A DNA stretch of 63,549 bases, filler included, from Hausera hauseri (taxonomy: Eukaryota): the NCBI GenBank assembly GCA_046269625.1. It is 11 parts of 11 records of this genome, joined end to end, with 100 filler letters (N's around TTAATTAATTAA, not from the genome) between each part and the next. Parts side by side here need not be neighbours in the genome. Positions count along the whole stretch, not along the records: positions 20,413 to 26,849 come from JBJURY010101099.1; positions 26,950 to 31,685 come from JBJURY010456024.1; positions 31,786 to 36,547 come from JBJURY010445691.1; positions 36,648 to 40,991 come from JBJURY010625553.1; 7 more parts are not named here. One strand, written 5' to 3'. The translations under genes were made by a program, and so were the position numbers. Shown piece by piece: positions 24,101 through 36,732 of this stretch. The notes under the pieces were generated by a model. It was not told the DNA's origin and ran no database searches. It was given only the letters and a program-made list of their open reading frames with translations. Position 1 is the stretch's first letter; each line of letters opens with the position of its first letter.

Positions 24101-26020
24101 AGTTCTGACAGTAAAACACTTCAAACACTTACTTCTCTCTCGCCCATTCGTCATTCAAACGGACCACAAGCCTCTCTTGCATATCATGTCGTTTAAACAG
24201 CCATCATCGAGGCAACAACGACACATATCATACTTGTCTACATTCAGTTTTGTTTTACAATACATTTCAGGCACAAACAATTTAGTAGCAGATTTTCTAT
24301 CAAGGTCGGTTGGCTCCATTACAGTTGAGCCAGTTTTCTCATCCGAAGTATTAAAGGCAAATTAACCGTCGGCTGACGTCCGTAGCCTTTTCCAACCCTT
24401 CGAAATCAATGATGGTATTGCTTTTGATACGTCGAATTCCGGTAATGAAAAGATCATTCTAACTCCACCTTTACAAAAGCCAGCCTTCCTTCATACGCAT
24501 TCACTGCATCATCCGGGTTCGAAAGCAACATTTCGCCTGCTCCAACGTCATGCAGTTTGGCCATCAATGCGCAAAGATATACAGGGCTGGGTCAAGGAAT
24601 GCGTAGCCTGTCAAAAATACAAAATCAATAAACATCTTAAACCGCCACTCTACCATTTTCCCTTTACGTCACGTTTTCATAAGGTTCATCTTGATCTCGT
24701 TGGCTCTTTACCTTCTGACAACGGGTATCAATATATTCTTCCTATAATGGATCGTGCTTCTCGATGGCCTGATTCAGCAGCCGATACATTTATAAAAATC
24801 TGTATCATTCGTTCTGGTTCCTCACATTACATAATAACGGATCAATGTCAACATTTTGAATCGGAACTCTTCAAATCACTTGTCAAACGCTTGGGGATAT
24901 TCCATTTTCATACAACACCATATCATCTTCAAGCGAATGGCCCCTTGAAAGGTTCCATCGAGCAATGAAAATTTCTCTAAAAATCTTGGCTGACAATCAT
25001 TGTAATAGGACGTTCATTCTACCATTTGTTCTACTACGGTGGCGCAACACACCCTCTACCACTACCGGTTGTGCTGCATCTGAGGCACTCTTTGGGACTT
25101 CAATTCGAGCTTTATTTGAACTTTCTGATCTTGGCGACAATCCCACAAACGAAAACGTTCGTGCATTACAATCTCAGTTCGTCGAGGTCAGCTCAGTCTC
25201 CTGCCGTCTCTTCAACAATAATAAATCGTATACTCCGAATAATTTATACACCGCCAAGTTTGTGTGACTGAAGGGTCAATCGCTTTCTGGTTTTATACCT
25301 CAATATGTTGGCCCATACAAACTGCTGAATCTCTTATCTCATACAGCTACCAGCTTACTCCAAGGTAAACCTTACAACTTCTACGTTTCGAATTTGAAGC
25401 CCGCTTTCTTCATTAATGACAATCCGGATGCCAACTCTACCTCAAATTCAAACTCAAATCCTAGTCCTTCTAGTCCTTCCTCGACCTTTCTGCATGACTC
25501 TGCACCGTAGCAGCAATCATTTCTCTGTCACACTCAATCGCCACCTTCCATCTCGCTTCCCTCCCTTTCTTCATCTGCACCACTTTCCTCACCACATTAC
25601 CAACATCGACTGTTTTATCACCTTTAATTGAATCGCTTCTTTTCCTTGATTTATACTCCTCAACACTCTTATTAGTTTCATCATGAGCAATACCACACAT
25701 TGAACCAAATAATCCCACAAAACTTCAATCACAAAATGTAACTCAACAGCCCACCTCAAATCAATCGTGTAAGGCACACAAAGTGACTTTTAGTAACTAC
25801 AGCAAAGAAAAGTTCTTTGATGGTACACAACGCCTGACACATACCAAAACCGAATGGGCACTAAACATTGTTCCTTTGTTAATTCATTGTTTTCATCTTC
25901 ATTAACCTTTTCATTCATTTTTACCTTTACATAGTTTTTCTTCTGCCACGGGGGTGATGTGGTTGGCGCAAATCTTATCCCCACCAAAATGCTGATGGCG
26001 TCATTCCTTCTCGTAATTAA
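21149..26020 (+). mobile_element. Ty3/Gypsy element copy B: near-complete internal region (partial Ubl, gag, PR, RT, RNase H, IN), PPT and start of 3' LTR; decayed
   Basis: FLIDSGA; TPFGLYKYIFMPFGL...YIDD; TTDAS...KPLEFFSQKL; TDHKPL; HHCC zinc finger; HLDLVG...ITDQ; GPY; PPT GGGGGTGA at 25950-25957 followed by TGT. Confidence 0.95.
22266..22306 (+). promoter_or_regulatory. -1 programmed frameshift signal (A AAA AAC TAA plus H-type pseudoknot); homologues at 19085-19125 and 47536-47576
   Basis: Slippery heptamer at the gag end. Stem 1 GCCG/CGGC and stem 2 CCAGA/TCTGG. Conserved in three otherwise divergent copies. Confidence 0.8.
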
Positions 26021-26800
26021 TTATTATGCCGATCTACGATGCAAGCATGTCAATGGCCAACAGAGCTTTCCTGATGTCTCTGCATATTGGTCTGTAAAAT
26101 CGTACGGAGTATGCATCAGAGAATGAAGAATAATCCACAAAAATTCATTGAATATCTTGTTCATTAGAATGATATACAGAAGTCTGAGCTGTTCAAAGTT
26201 CAATCCACATTGCCGAAAAATCTCTAAAAAATGAAGAATTAGACAAAATTCAAATATTCGCAAAAAACTGTGATACCATAATAGATGTGATCTCATCTTT
26301 TCGAGACAGACATTTATGAGCTTGGCCTTATTCAGTATATAATTATTGAAGACGAAGACTGGGATTTGGAAATAAGGTATAATTGCCTCCTTGGAGATAA
26401 TCATTCGGAAGTAAAATTCAAAAACAATATCTCCCTCCGTTATCTCAATCAGTACACAACCACGTACTACCTGCAACAGCCCAACAGATGGATTCTCATC
26501 ATGCTCACATTAACTCAAATTTACAAGATTGCAAAGCAATTCACCACAGACTGCCTAGCCATAATCAATTCCAAAAGCTGACGATCTCTAATGATATTTT
26601 GAATGAAATCTTGAATTATTATTATGAATGTTCAAATACTCCATCGTAACGGCTATTAAAGAAATAGTTTTACTTGACAGAAGCGATGTTTTTTAGTGTT
26701 TTATTAATATCAAATCATGTTTAATCGATTTTCTGTAATTGAATAATTGTTTTTTTGAAATAAACTTCTGTGTTTTGCTTCTTTACTGGAATTATAAAAT

Positions 26801-26831
26801 TGGTGTCGGAAGTGGAATTCGAACCCACGCC
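26801..26831 (+). promoter_or_regulatory. Extended tRNA-Leu primer-binding site (31-nt complement of the mature tRNA 3' end including CCA) after a U5-like segment
   Basis: TGGTGTCGGAAGTGGAATTCGAACCCACGCC is the reverse complement of GGCGTGGGTTCGAATTCCACTTCCGACA-CCA. AATAAA lies about 40 nt upstream. Confidence 0.85.
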
Positions 26832-27769
26832 AATTTTATAATTCCACACNNNNNNNNNNNNNNNNNNNNNNNNNNNNNNNNNNNNNNNNNNNNTTAATTA
26901 ATTAANNNNNNNNNNNNNNNNNNNNNNNNNNNNNNNNNNNNNNNNNNNNATCCCAAACCTCTGCCCATTAGCCAGCAGGTTTCCCTACAGGGCAGAAAAT
27001 GTAATAACTTATTAACATTGTCCATTTTTTCCGAATCTGGCAACATTTTATTTTACAAATACTAATTTTTTATTGCAAATTTGTTATATGTTATAAATAA
27101 TTGTTTTGTGTGATAAATGTATGTTTTTTTTAATGATAATTATATTAAAAAGACCTGATAATAAAGACTCATTGAATAAAGAAGTAGGAATCCCTCCATT
27201 ACCCCCAGCAACAGAAGAAACATGCAAGAGCATGTACTTCACAAATATATGCTGAATTTCCTATTTTTCTCCTGCATTTCAAGCTATATAGCTTATTGCT
27301 GCAAATTTGATGTATCTCTAACTCATCTGTGTTCTTTTTTTTCCCACATCTTTAGTTCTTTCTTTTTACTGGTTTCCACCATGCACTTTATGTGTATAGA
27401 CTTGTTTGGTTGTGCCCTCTTGTATCGTTCATTCTTTCCTCATGTTCCATCCAATGTCCTTTAAAGTCTATATATTAGAATCAACAACAAAACAGCTACT
27501 TGGTGGCACATGCTGATGGTGCTTTAGAAACCATATTATTATAATTGATATGGTTGGTAGAATTTCCGGTACGCCTTCACAACTGAGTGAACTGGGGTCA
27601 AGCCGGTCCTTTCCTCTGTGTTCAGATTTCTGGTCCAGGAGAAACTCCAGCATATTCCTACTAACCATTTCAGAACTGTGCTGGTTCACCAGATTTGTTT
27701 TGGGCCAGTAGTTGTGCAAAGGACTCAAATAAAAAAAAAAAAACAGTAACGACAACAGTTTCTAAGAAG

Positions 27770-28370
27770 AAAGAACCTTTTTAAAGATAAAAAGGACAAC
27801 TGTAAAACCAGTACAGATATTCAAATATCTCAGAGCTCTCATAACATCGGATGGCAGATGTGACACGGAAATTAAAAGTAGAATTACAAAGGTGGAAAAC
27901 AGAACCCCAGAGAATGAAAAACATATTGTATACAACAGATCTATCGTTGCAATTACAAGACGAGTCCTACAGTGTGTAGTTCTAAATTGACCCAATCCTC
28001 CTGTATGGCCGTGAATCTTGGAAATTTGAATAATAAAAATTAGAAAATTCTTTGTGGTTTCTCAGAAAAATGTTGAAAATCCCATGGAAAGCAGAGAGAA
28101 CAAATGAAGATGTTTTGCACAAAGCAGATGCAGAAAGAACATATCAATAAAACCAGAAAGATATAAGCATTTATGTTTGGTTATGTTTTAATAATAGAAG
28201 GTCTGTAGAACTTGGTCACCACAGGCAAAATACAAGGAAATAGAAATGCCAGTAACTGATGGCAGTGAATGAAGTGTCTGGATGATTTACATGTCTTGGA
28301 AGACAGACAACAGCAAAAATTATTTAGAACACCAGGATTAGCAAGAGATGGAGATCCATGATGACCCATG
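27770..28370 (+). mobile_element. RTE LINE 3' fragment
   Basis: FKYLRALITSDGRCDTEIKSRI, ILLYGRESW, WFLRKMLKIPWKAERTNEDVL, VTTGKIQG. Confidence 0.85.
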
Positions 28371-29349
28371 CTTCTCAGCGTGATGATAATGGTCAGTTGT
28401 TGTATTATGTCAGAATGGAGCTTTTGATTTAGTGTGCATGGCATACTGGTGTACCACAAAGGCTTTGAGAATACATTTTTCAGTAGGGGCATTAACATTA
28501 TAATTCAGAATTCTATTGCTATACACAGGGGATTTTCATTTTCTTCTTCAAGTAATATTATAAATATTTTTAGATATTGGTATAATTCACAATTATTGGA
28601 TGGTATGCTTTGGTAGTTCTCAGCATTACTTCATGTTATTTGTGGTTCGCATTACTTCTTGTCATTAGTTTGTTTTTGATGTTTCAGTCACCGCAAGCTT
28701 TCATTATAAGGACATGAACTATCACCTTCTGTGTGCTTGCGTTCTAAGGACATGGCCTATCACCCCTACCTTCTTATATTAATTGGCATATTGGCCTTTT
28801 CAGGAAAGGGGGATAGGGTTTGGAAAGAGAATCTGCTAATACAGTCTCCTAGTTGTGTCAAATCTCTATCACATTATAACCTGTGATTGTACGTTAGTTG
28901 TTTTTGTGGTTGCATTTAATTTTTCACGTGATCTATCATAGATTCAATCACATAGGAGAAATATAATGCTCAGTGCTAATGTTCTAGTGGAAACAGCATC
29001 ATAGCATTTTAGACATCCCCATATCAGCTCTGTTGCTTGTTTCGTTATCCACCAAAGAGTTGTCTTGTTTACCATTGCTCAGTAAAATATATAAACACAT
29101 AATCAGTATTATAAGAGAAGACAGTCATGAAAATGTTTGTTTTTTTCTAAACTGAATAACTAGCACAATTTTTATGCAGTGATGTACAATTTTAAGTTTT
29201 CCCTTGCCACTTGTAGCATTTATGTTAACTGTACTAATCTTAGCCTTCACTATAGTGTTCGTCTGATTAATCTTTTAGCATCTCATCACATCCCAGACAG
29301 TAAGTAGAGTATCTCCTCCTGAATATGTCTGTCATTAACCTTTTTTCCA

Positions 29350-29545
29350 TTACCCTGTGGCACATGACAGAAACTAAGCACCTCCAACCAATCCTGTCCA
29401 GAGCCGATCTCTCTTTCATATTGTGTTTTACCCCAGATCTTGAGTTCTGCCTCAATTGCCCAAGCCAGTGAGATTAGATTATTCACTTTTCTAAGGATAT
29501 AACCTATCCATCTCCATCTTTCCTTTATATCCAGGAGTATTTCCC
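29350..29545 (-). mobile_element. RTE LINE 3' fragment
   Basis: IKERWRWIGYILRK and ALDRIGWRCLVSVMC. Confidence 0.7.
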
Positions 29546-30347
29546 CCACCATACATAAGCTACATCCCACCAAGTCATGAACTATATGTTGCACCTCTTT
29601 GACAGTTTTCCCATTCTCCATCTCAGTGTATTGCTTGCATTGCTCATCATCAGTGAAGATTCTAGAACAATGAATGCTTTGTGATGGCATGACCTGGGTG
29701 TTTTTCACTGAATGTCCTATTGTAATAGACCCTTTATTAAATTCTTCGGTGCATATCATGCCTTTTCATGGTTTGCGAGATGGAATTTCGCTAGTTAGGT
29801 CTGCTGCCTTCCTCTTCTCATGCCACCTGGTCAGCATGTAGAGGACCTTCTGTATTGGTCTGCTCTTGTCTCTCTCTCTTTCAAATTTACCAGCTGCTTT
29901 CTTCTTTTCTGATAGCCATGATAATCCCTGCAATGGTGGGACTTGATAAAACAGTCTCTCTGCAGATCAACACTGCATCTGCTGCAAAGAATTAACACTC
30001 ATGCTATGTCTAGAGAATATACTAGCAACACCATGATTTGACAAACACTAGAGCAGAGATAAGAAATGTACTCGGAGAAAACAGGAAGAACTGACAATCA
30101 AATGTTGAGTCGGAGTGGCAGAGAGAGTGGAGCAGATATAAGCACCTCATGTGTGTTATGATTTGTTCTATCGAGCAAGCTGCTATAATGTTATTACTTT
30201 TGCTACCGAGCGTTTTATACTCAGCCCTATAAAGTTTGTGATTACTACTAATGACTTAGTGTTTAAACCCAGTGCTCTAAAATGTGTGATTTATAATTTT
30301 GATCTGCTATTTGTCTTGCATTAAAGAAATTATTTGCTTTTAAAAAA

Positions 30348-30610
30348 GCCGCGATGGTGTAGTGGTTTGCGTGCCGATTTCTGCAGATTGTGTGTTCAAT
30401 CCCAGCTGCGAGCATTAGATTTTTTTCGACAGAAAAGGCTCAAGGGGCCCACCCAGCCTCACAAATAGGTACCGGAGAAATTCTCTGGGAAAGTAAAGGC
30501 GGCCTGGTGTTATGCTTACAACATAACCCAATCATGTCAAGGAAAAAATGTAGACAGCAACTCCACATTTCCCTATACGCCTTATGCAGGCGTGAAATGG
30601 ACTTTACTAA
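30348..30610 (+). mobile_element. tRNA-derived SINE with a Deu/Nin-type central domain
   Basis: Pol III A box TGGTGTAGTGG and B box GTTCAATCC, then GGCCCACCCAGCCTC...AATAGGTACC...GTAAAGGCGGCC, characteristic of the Deu/Nin domain. Confidence 0.8.
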
Positions 30611-31785
30611 AGTGGACAAAACATCAGTGGAAAATATTGATACAACCTATGAACTCAACTGAAAAGACCACATAAACTGAGAACTTTACACAGCAGATTG
30701 AGTCACCACGTGTTCCACAAGTGAAAAATTGTGATGCCCAATTGGAACTGATGAACACACAGTACAGCTCCCAGAAATGTCAACCCCAATCTCCCTACAT
30801 GAAAAGTTGTATGACAGCAGAGAAATACTAAGACTTTGTGGGAGAAATCGATCTCTATGTCGAACGGAACAACAAAAAAAAAATACAGAAAACGAGTCTC
30901 CTGAGTGAAAAAACAACACAATGTGACATACTAGACAGAAACAAAAACCTGGCAAAATATGTGTAGTTATTTTATTCCCTGCTTTGTTTTATTGACTGAA
31001 CATTTGTCTCATAAATACAAAACATTCATCTCTTCATTCCAAAATAAACAATTTTTGTTTACAATGCATAACCATATGTAATACAGTGTGCCACGGATCG
31101 ATCAACAAGGGAAATGTCATACTGCCAAAAATAATGAACACAGTTCAGGTTTTACTTGGAGCCTTTATGGTAAATACATGCAGGCAGGACAGATCTAGCT
31201 TGCTTAGACAACTATGAAAATAATATTCTCAAATTAAAAATGCTTCCTGCATAACACGACACACAGCATGTCTGTCAAGCAATTCCTCAATGTTCTTCTA
31301 GCAAACAAATGCTTAATATACGACACCATAATTTGTCAAGTTTAGTTGTGAACATTACTGCTAGGCAATAAACCTGCTGAACATTTTTCTGAACATGAAC
31401 TTCTATTTAACGTTACAGACCGGCTGGCACAGTCTGTTTTTATGGTTATTTAGTACTGAACAAAATCTCAATTGCCACATGATGCTGTTATATGCTACGA
31501 GAAACACAGATACAGAGGATGTGACTATAAGAAGAAATATTGTGGTCAACACAACACATATGGAGGGGGAAAAATGTAACATGTTTTTAATAAGCTTGCC
31601 CTCAAAAAGAGCTGACGCTCGATGACTGTGGATCAAAGACAAGACAATAAGCCTGCCCTAAAGACCAATCAACAAAACATAAAACNNNNNNNNNNNNNNN
31701 NNNNNNNNNNNNNNNNNNNNNNNNNNNNNTTAATTAATTAANNNNNNNNNNNNNNNNNNNNNNNNNNNNNNNNNNNNNNNNNNNN

Positions 31786-32430
31786 ATCATTAGTTCCTCT
31801 GTTAAGGCTTCCGGTGTTATTTTGTGACTAAAGATTCCCTTCACCAACTGTTCGATTTTGTTAAAGTAGGCTTCCGGTTCTGCCGCATCCATTTTGTAGT
31901 CCAAAGCCTCACTCAGATCTCCGCACAGCATTGTGGGTTTTGAAAATGTTTGTTTTTCAACCGGTTTTGGTACCCTTTAACCTTCTGGCTCACCAGATAG
32001 TATTTTTCCTGTGCTTCTTCCGCCAACAAGCACAGGACCGCGGTTTCTCGACCCGTCTCTGACATCTTTATGAAGTCGAAGTATCTGTCGCATTTTCAAA
32101 TAAAGGTTTCCACGTTATCATCTCTCTGGAATTCTTTTGGCATGAATTTTTTTCGAAGAAGTCTCTTGAAGCGTGGTCACCATGTTAGTAGATCGGATCT
32201 CTACCATCCCGATCTCAACCTCACTTGATGATTGCAAAATAGAATTATCCATAAGAGATTTATTATTAAAGTTTGTATAACACTTATCTCCTTCACTCGG
32301 GAAATGAGTCTTATTTTCCTTCTTTTCTGAATTTCCTAACTTTCTGTTAGCTGTCTCAATTCATCCTCATAATAGGTAATGTTGATAGACGTTGATAGGT
32401 AGTACGAGAAAGTAGTTTACGAGACGTACA
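31786..32430 (-). mobile_element. LTR retrotransposon 5' end: LTR (about 32183-32430), PBS (32171-32182), decayed gag start (ATG 32143)
   Basis: Minus strand reads ...CTAACA-TGGTGACCACGC followed by MPKEFQRDDNVETFI*KCDRYF. AATAAA is present in the putative LTR. The outer LTR edge is uncertain. Confidence 0.65.
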
Positions 32431-33029
32431 AAATTGCCAAGTTTATAAACTTGTTGCATGGCGATTTGAATGCCTTCAGACGGTCAAACTTTTTACCTTT
32501 ATTTATGCGGATGGAATCATTTCAGAGTATGTAGTCTTGACTCATTTGTGTTTGTAGAAATGTAATTGCATATATAAAGTTGTTTGTGAAAAACTCTCCT
32601 GCTTTTTTGTATTTTCATTGACCGGTAAGAAAGTGCCAACTCTGAACATATTTCCTTACCATGAAACTATTTGTACGGAATTGTGTAAAATCACGCAGTG
32701 TTGTAATGCACAGTATACTGGCAAAAAATTTCTTTCGACATCTGAAAGTAAGGATGACTTGATTGCGTTTGTCACCGTACCATTTCATCAGCGATTCCCG
32801 ACCAAAAATATACTTAAGAAAGAATTTGGATGCAACTATGACCTTCGGATTAGGAGTAGCATTCAAATTTTTTAACACATGTAGTCTGAGCATATCGAAA
32901 ATCAAATGGTTTTGTTTTATTCGCTTGCAACAATTCGTTAACTTTCTCGGATATCATTTTAACATAAGGTTTACAAACATTTATATTGTTTAATTTTTTA
33001 TTTTATTGTTTCATCCACGGATATTGAAT

Positions 33030-35180
33030 ATAGATAATTTGTTGGTGAAAATTCTATAGTTGAATTTTTGGCATGTCTAGATGAAATTGTGAAAACCTTA
33101 GTTTTTCCTTTCTATGAAAACGCGAAAAAACAAATGATCCCATTAACATTTGCTGAATGGCATCGCTTTAAAAATGCCACAGCTTGTTACCTTTGCCATT
33201 AAAACAGGTCTGACTTTGTTTACTGTCATGTAACGGGTAAATTCTTAGGCTCAGCTAGTACTAACAGTAACTTGGCTCGTCAGATTAGGTACAATTTACT
33301 TGTTATGTTTCACAATTTGTGTGATATGATCTTCAGCATATCTTAAATCAAGCATTGAGTAAATTCAGCAGTTGGGAATTAAGGGTTCTTCCTCAAACAA
33401 CAAAATATTCTTGACCATGCAGGCAATGATATGGTGCTCAGGTAAAAGTCTGTTTCCATTCGATTTCTGGACCTATTGCAGTTTTTACCGCCTTCACTTA
33501 AGACTTTAGCTTCGAACTTAGATAGCTACCCATTCACTGAATCGGCTTTTCCTTCCGACATCATTAAGGGCAAAGGTATTTTTCCATACACTGCAGCCAA
33601 AGGAATTTAGTGATTTACAGTCGATGTCTGAGTTACCCGCCAAAATGGCATGGTGTTACCGATAGCGATTATGAGGCAGCGCAATTTATCTGGTCAAAGT
33701 ATAGATGTAACTGTCTGTCAGATTACATGTTGGTATACATAAAACTCGATGCATACTTGTTAGATGTTTTTGAACGGTTTAGAAAGGAGGTGAAGTTGCA
33801 GGATGGTTTAGAGGCGGTTAATTTCGTATCCATTCTCGGTTTATCTTGGGCAACAACACTGAAAACATACCTTTGTAAGATTGAGCTAATTCAGGATCCT
33901 GAAATATACAGTTTTTCCAACCAGGTATTAGCGGTGGCATGACTTTGAAAATAAGCATCGGGTTACCACGGATGAAAGCACCAGTCTCTTATATATAGAT
34001 GTAACCTTTGCCATTTGCGAATTTGGTTTAGATTTATGATGAGGAAAAATTAAGTAGTCTTATTGAGCAATTGCTTTATGTTGACACTATTAGGGAAAAC
34101 GTGGTTTCATCTTTGAAGTTGATTTAAACATTCCAGCTGATAAGCATGATAAATTAGACCAACTAACTTTTGCTCCAATTAATCAGTGCCCTCCTGGTTC
34201 AAGAGTCAAGAAATTGTTTCTGACATATGAGCGTAAGTTCAACTGTGTTATTTACTATCGACTGTTACAGTTGTACAACAAGTTAAGCGCTGTAGTTTAT
34301 AAAGTACATCGGGCTGTTGAGTTTGACCAGGGTTATGTTTTTAAGGATTACATAGATATAAATGCTGCTAAGAGGGCTGCAGTGAATAATGCTTTTAAAA
34401 ACGACTTTTTAACCATAACAACAGCTTGTATGGGAATACAGTTATAAAACCTGTTGAAAAGGTTAAACTTGAGACTGTGTAATAATGCAAAGAAGCTTAT
34501 TACATATGATAGCAAGGCCCAGTCTAAAGAGAATATTATTATAGCCGATGATCTGGTTGCCGTTCTCCTCGATAAAGACGGTTGCATTAGATAGGCCCTC
34601 ATACATTGGTCAGGCCGTACTTGATCTTTCCAAGTTACGTATATATGAGTTAAATTATATTAAGTTGGAGACGTATAGGCAGCAGTTTAATTGTGAAATT
34701 ATTATTATTGCTGGTGGCACAGACAGTTTCTTCCTTGAATGCCTGGGTATTGATTTGCGATCACAACTCTTGCCAGAAATCATAGCTAATGAACAGTTGG
34801 ACACTTCTAACTATGATAAAAGTGATCCATTATACTCAACTCGTTTCGCTTCTGTAATAGGGAAATTTAAGGATGAGAATAAGGGCTGTTTCGAGTATCA
34901 AGAAGGGATTTCCCTACGGCCGAAATCTCATGCACTGAAAAACCAAAGCAAACCGATCATGAAATGTAAGAGCATCAATCTCAGACAGACTGACTTACAG
35001 TTCGACAGGTATCTACACGCATACGAAACCGGTTTTGCGACAATTGTGGTACAAGAAGGAATTGGGACCAAGGACCACCAGCTGATTACAATCCAGTTGA
35101 GAAAAAGGCCTTGGACCCGTTCGACGACAAAAAGCAGTGGATAGAAAAGACAAAATGTGTGGCCTACGGACATTTTTGTA
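33030..35180 (+). pseudogene. Second, divergent Polinton-like pPolB, decayed
   Basis: FVGENS, CYLCH...CHVTGKFLG, MFHNL, KGKGIFPY, DVFERFR, GISGGM, FEVDL, RPSYIGQAVLDLSKLRIYELNY, GTDSFF, LDTSNY, IGKFKDE, LRPKS, KALDPFDDK. The 5' limit may extend further upstream. Confidence 0.9.
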
Positions 35181-36732
35181 AATAAATGTTTTTGTAAATT
35201 GTTTTGTATATTAATAAAACTTTTTTCGTCTCTTATTTTATTCATAGTAAATATGTACACTCCGAACATACCGTTACCTTAGAACATGTGTTTCATACAA
35301 TCACATGGTGGCACATTAGGAATACCCTATCTACTTTAATCTTTTTACATAGTGTAAACATAAAGTTTGATTTCACTCTTCTTTTGTATGTTCTTTAATT
35401 CTACACACAACTTTTCAACAGTATTAAAATAATCTACTGCAAAAAAGCGTTGAATGAAGTGAAGGTATCTGAACTAGTTACTTGAGGCATTTTCATAAGT
35501 GACACTTTGTGAAATTTAAACAAATATACCAAAATTTAAACAAAAAAATTTTTGCCGCGAAATTCGAATTTTTATAACTACCTAAAAAACATACAGTACA
35601 CATACTGTACACTTCATTCCCATACACACAAACACAACTGTATGTCTCCCATCTCCACTATATTAACCGCGCGTGTGTATCACTTTTTTCTACCCGATGA
35701 CTCATCCATGAACCACTTCGATTTTCCATCAGCAGGGGGTCTGATCTGGTGTGCTTACTTTTACTTACTAGCTTTATATTGGCTGTATTCTAGCAGAATT
35801 GTAACGGCATTTCACTCTAGCACGCGTTAATGATTTTATTATTTTTGTTATGATTTTCTCTTTTTGTTTACACGAGTTTAATAATTTCAACCAGACTGTA
35901 AAAAGTAAGAGATGTTGTGGTGCCTTCGTGCGTTGCGCCACCCTGGCATTTCGGATGGACACAATTAGGCACAGTAGCTTTGCCCCTGTTATCCGGGTAC
36001 TTGGGTTCGCTCTCTCGCCTCGGTGAATTTTGAGTGCAATTATAAAAACGTTCCGAAATTAAATCTATTCCGACTCAGTGGCATGTAATCTATTAATTAA
36101 TGAAAATCAACCGGAAAATTAAAGTTAACAACAAAACCTTCAATTCCCAAAAATAATGCCTAATATCAATCAGATACGAAATTATTGAAATTCGAAGAAC
36201 CCCTCATTGTAAATGGAATATTGGCGTTTAAAGACATTAAATTTAACCAGAATTTCAAAATGTCCTTGGGACCCAACCAAATATATTATTTGTTAGTCGA
36301 ATTCAAACGCCAACGACAGAGTATCAAAATATCACGTTATTGGATACAATTAAATTGTCTAGGCAATTAATAACTGACTTTTCTCTGAACAATTATTCTA
36401 CTGTCGTTCTGAGCAACATGCATGAGAAAACTGTTTAACGGGAATTTCCTTTCTTTTTCAAAATTATAATTCAATCGAAGATGCACGAAAAAAATTGAAT
36501 TTACCCAAATTAAAAGCAATTATTTTTATCCAATCAGCGCTAGAGGANNNNNNNNNNNNNNNNNNNNNNNNNNNNNNNNNNNNNNNNNNNNTTAATTAAT
36601 TAANNNNNNNNNNNNNNNNNNNNNNNNNNNNNNNNNNNNNNNNNNNNTAATTGTATTTCATTCACATTGAAATTAATTACATTTTTATATTATTTAATTT
36701 AAATCGAAATATTTGACGCTAATTTAATTTAG

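Noticed and set aside
26801-26831. tRNA-Leu gene on the minus strand
   Set aside because: Only the 3' 31 nt are present, with CCA included and no D or anticodon arm; better explained as a primer-derived tract.
1-35180. The two pPolB regions and intervening elements as one large virus
   Set aside because: They lie on different contigs separated by spacers and encode overlapping, divergent versions of the same gene.
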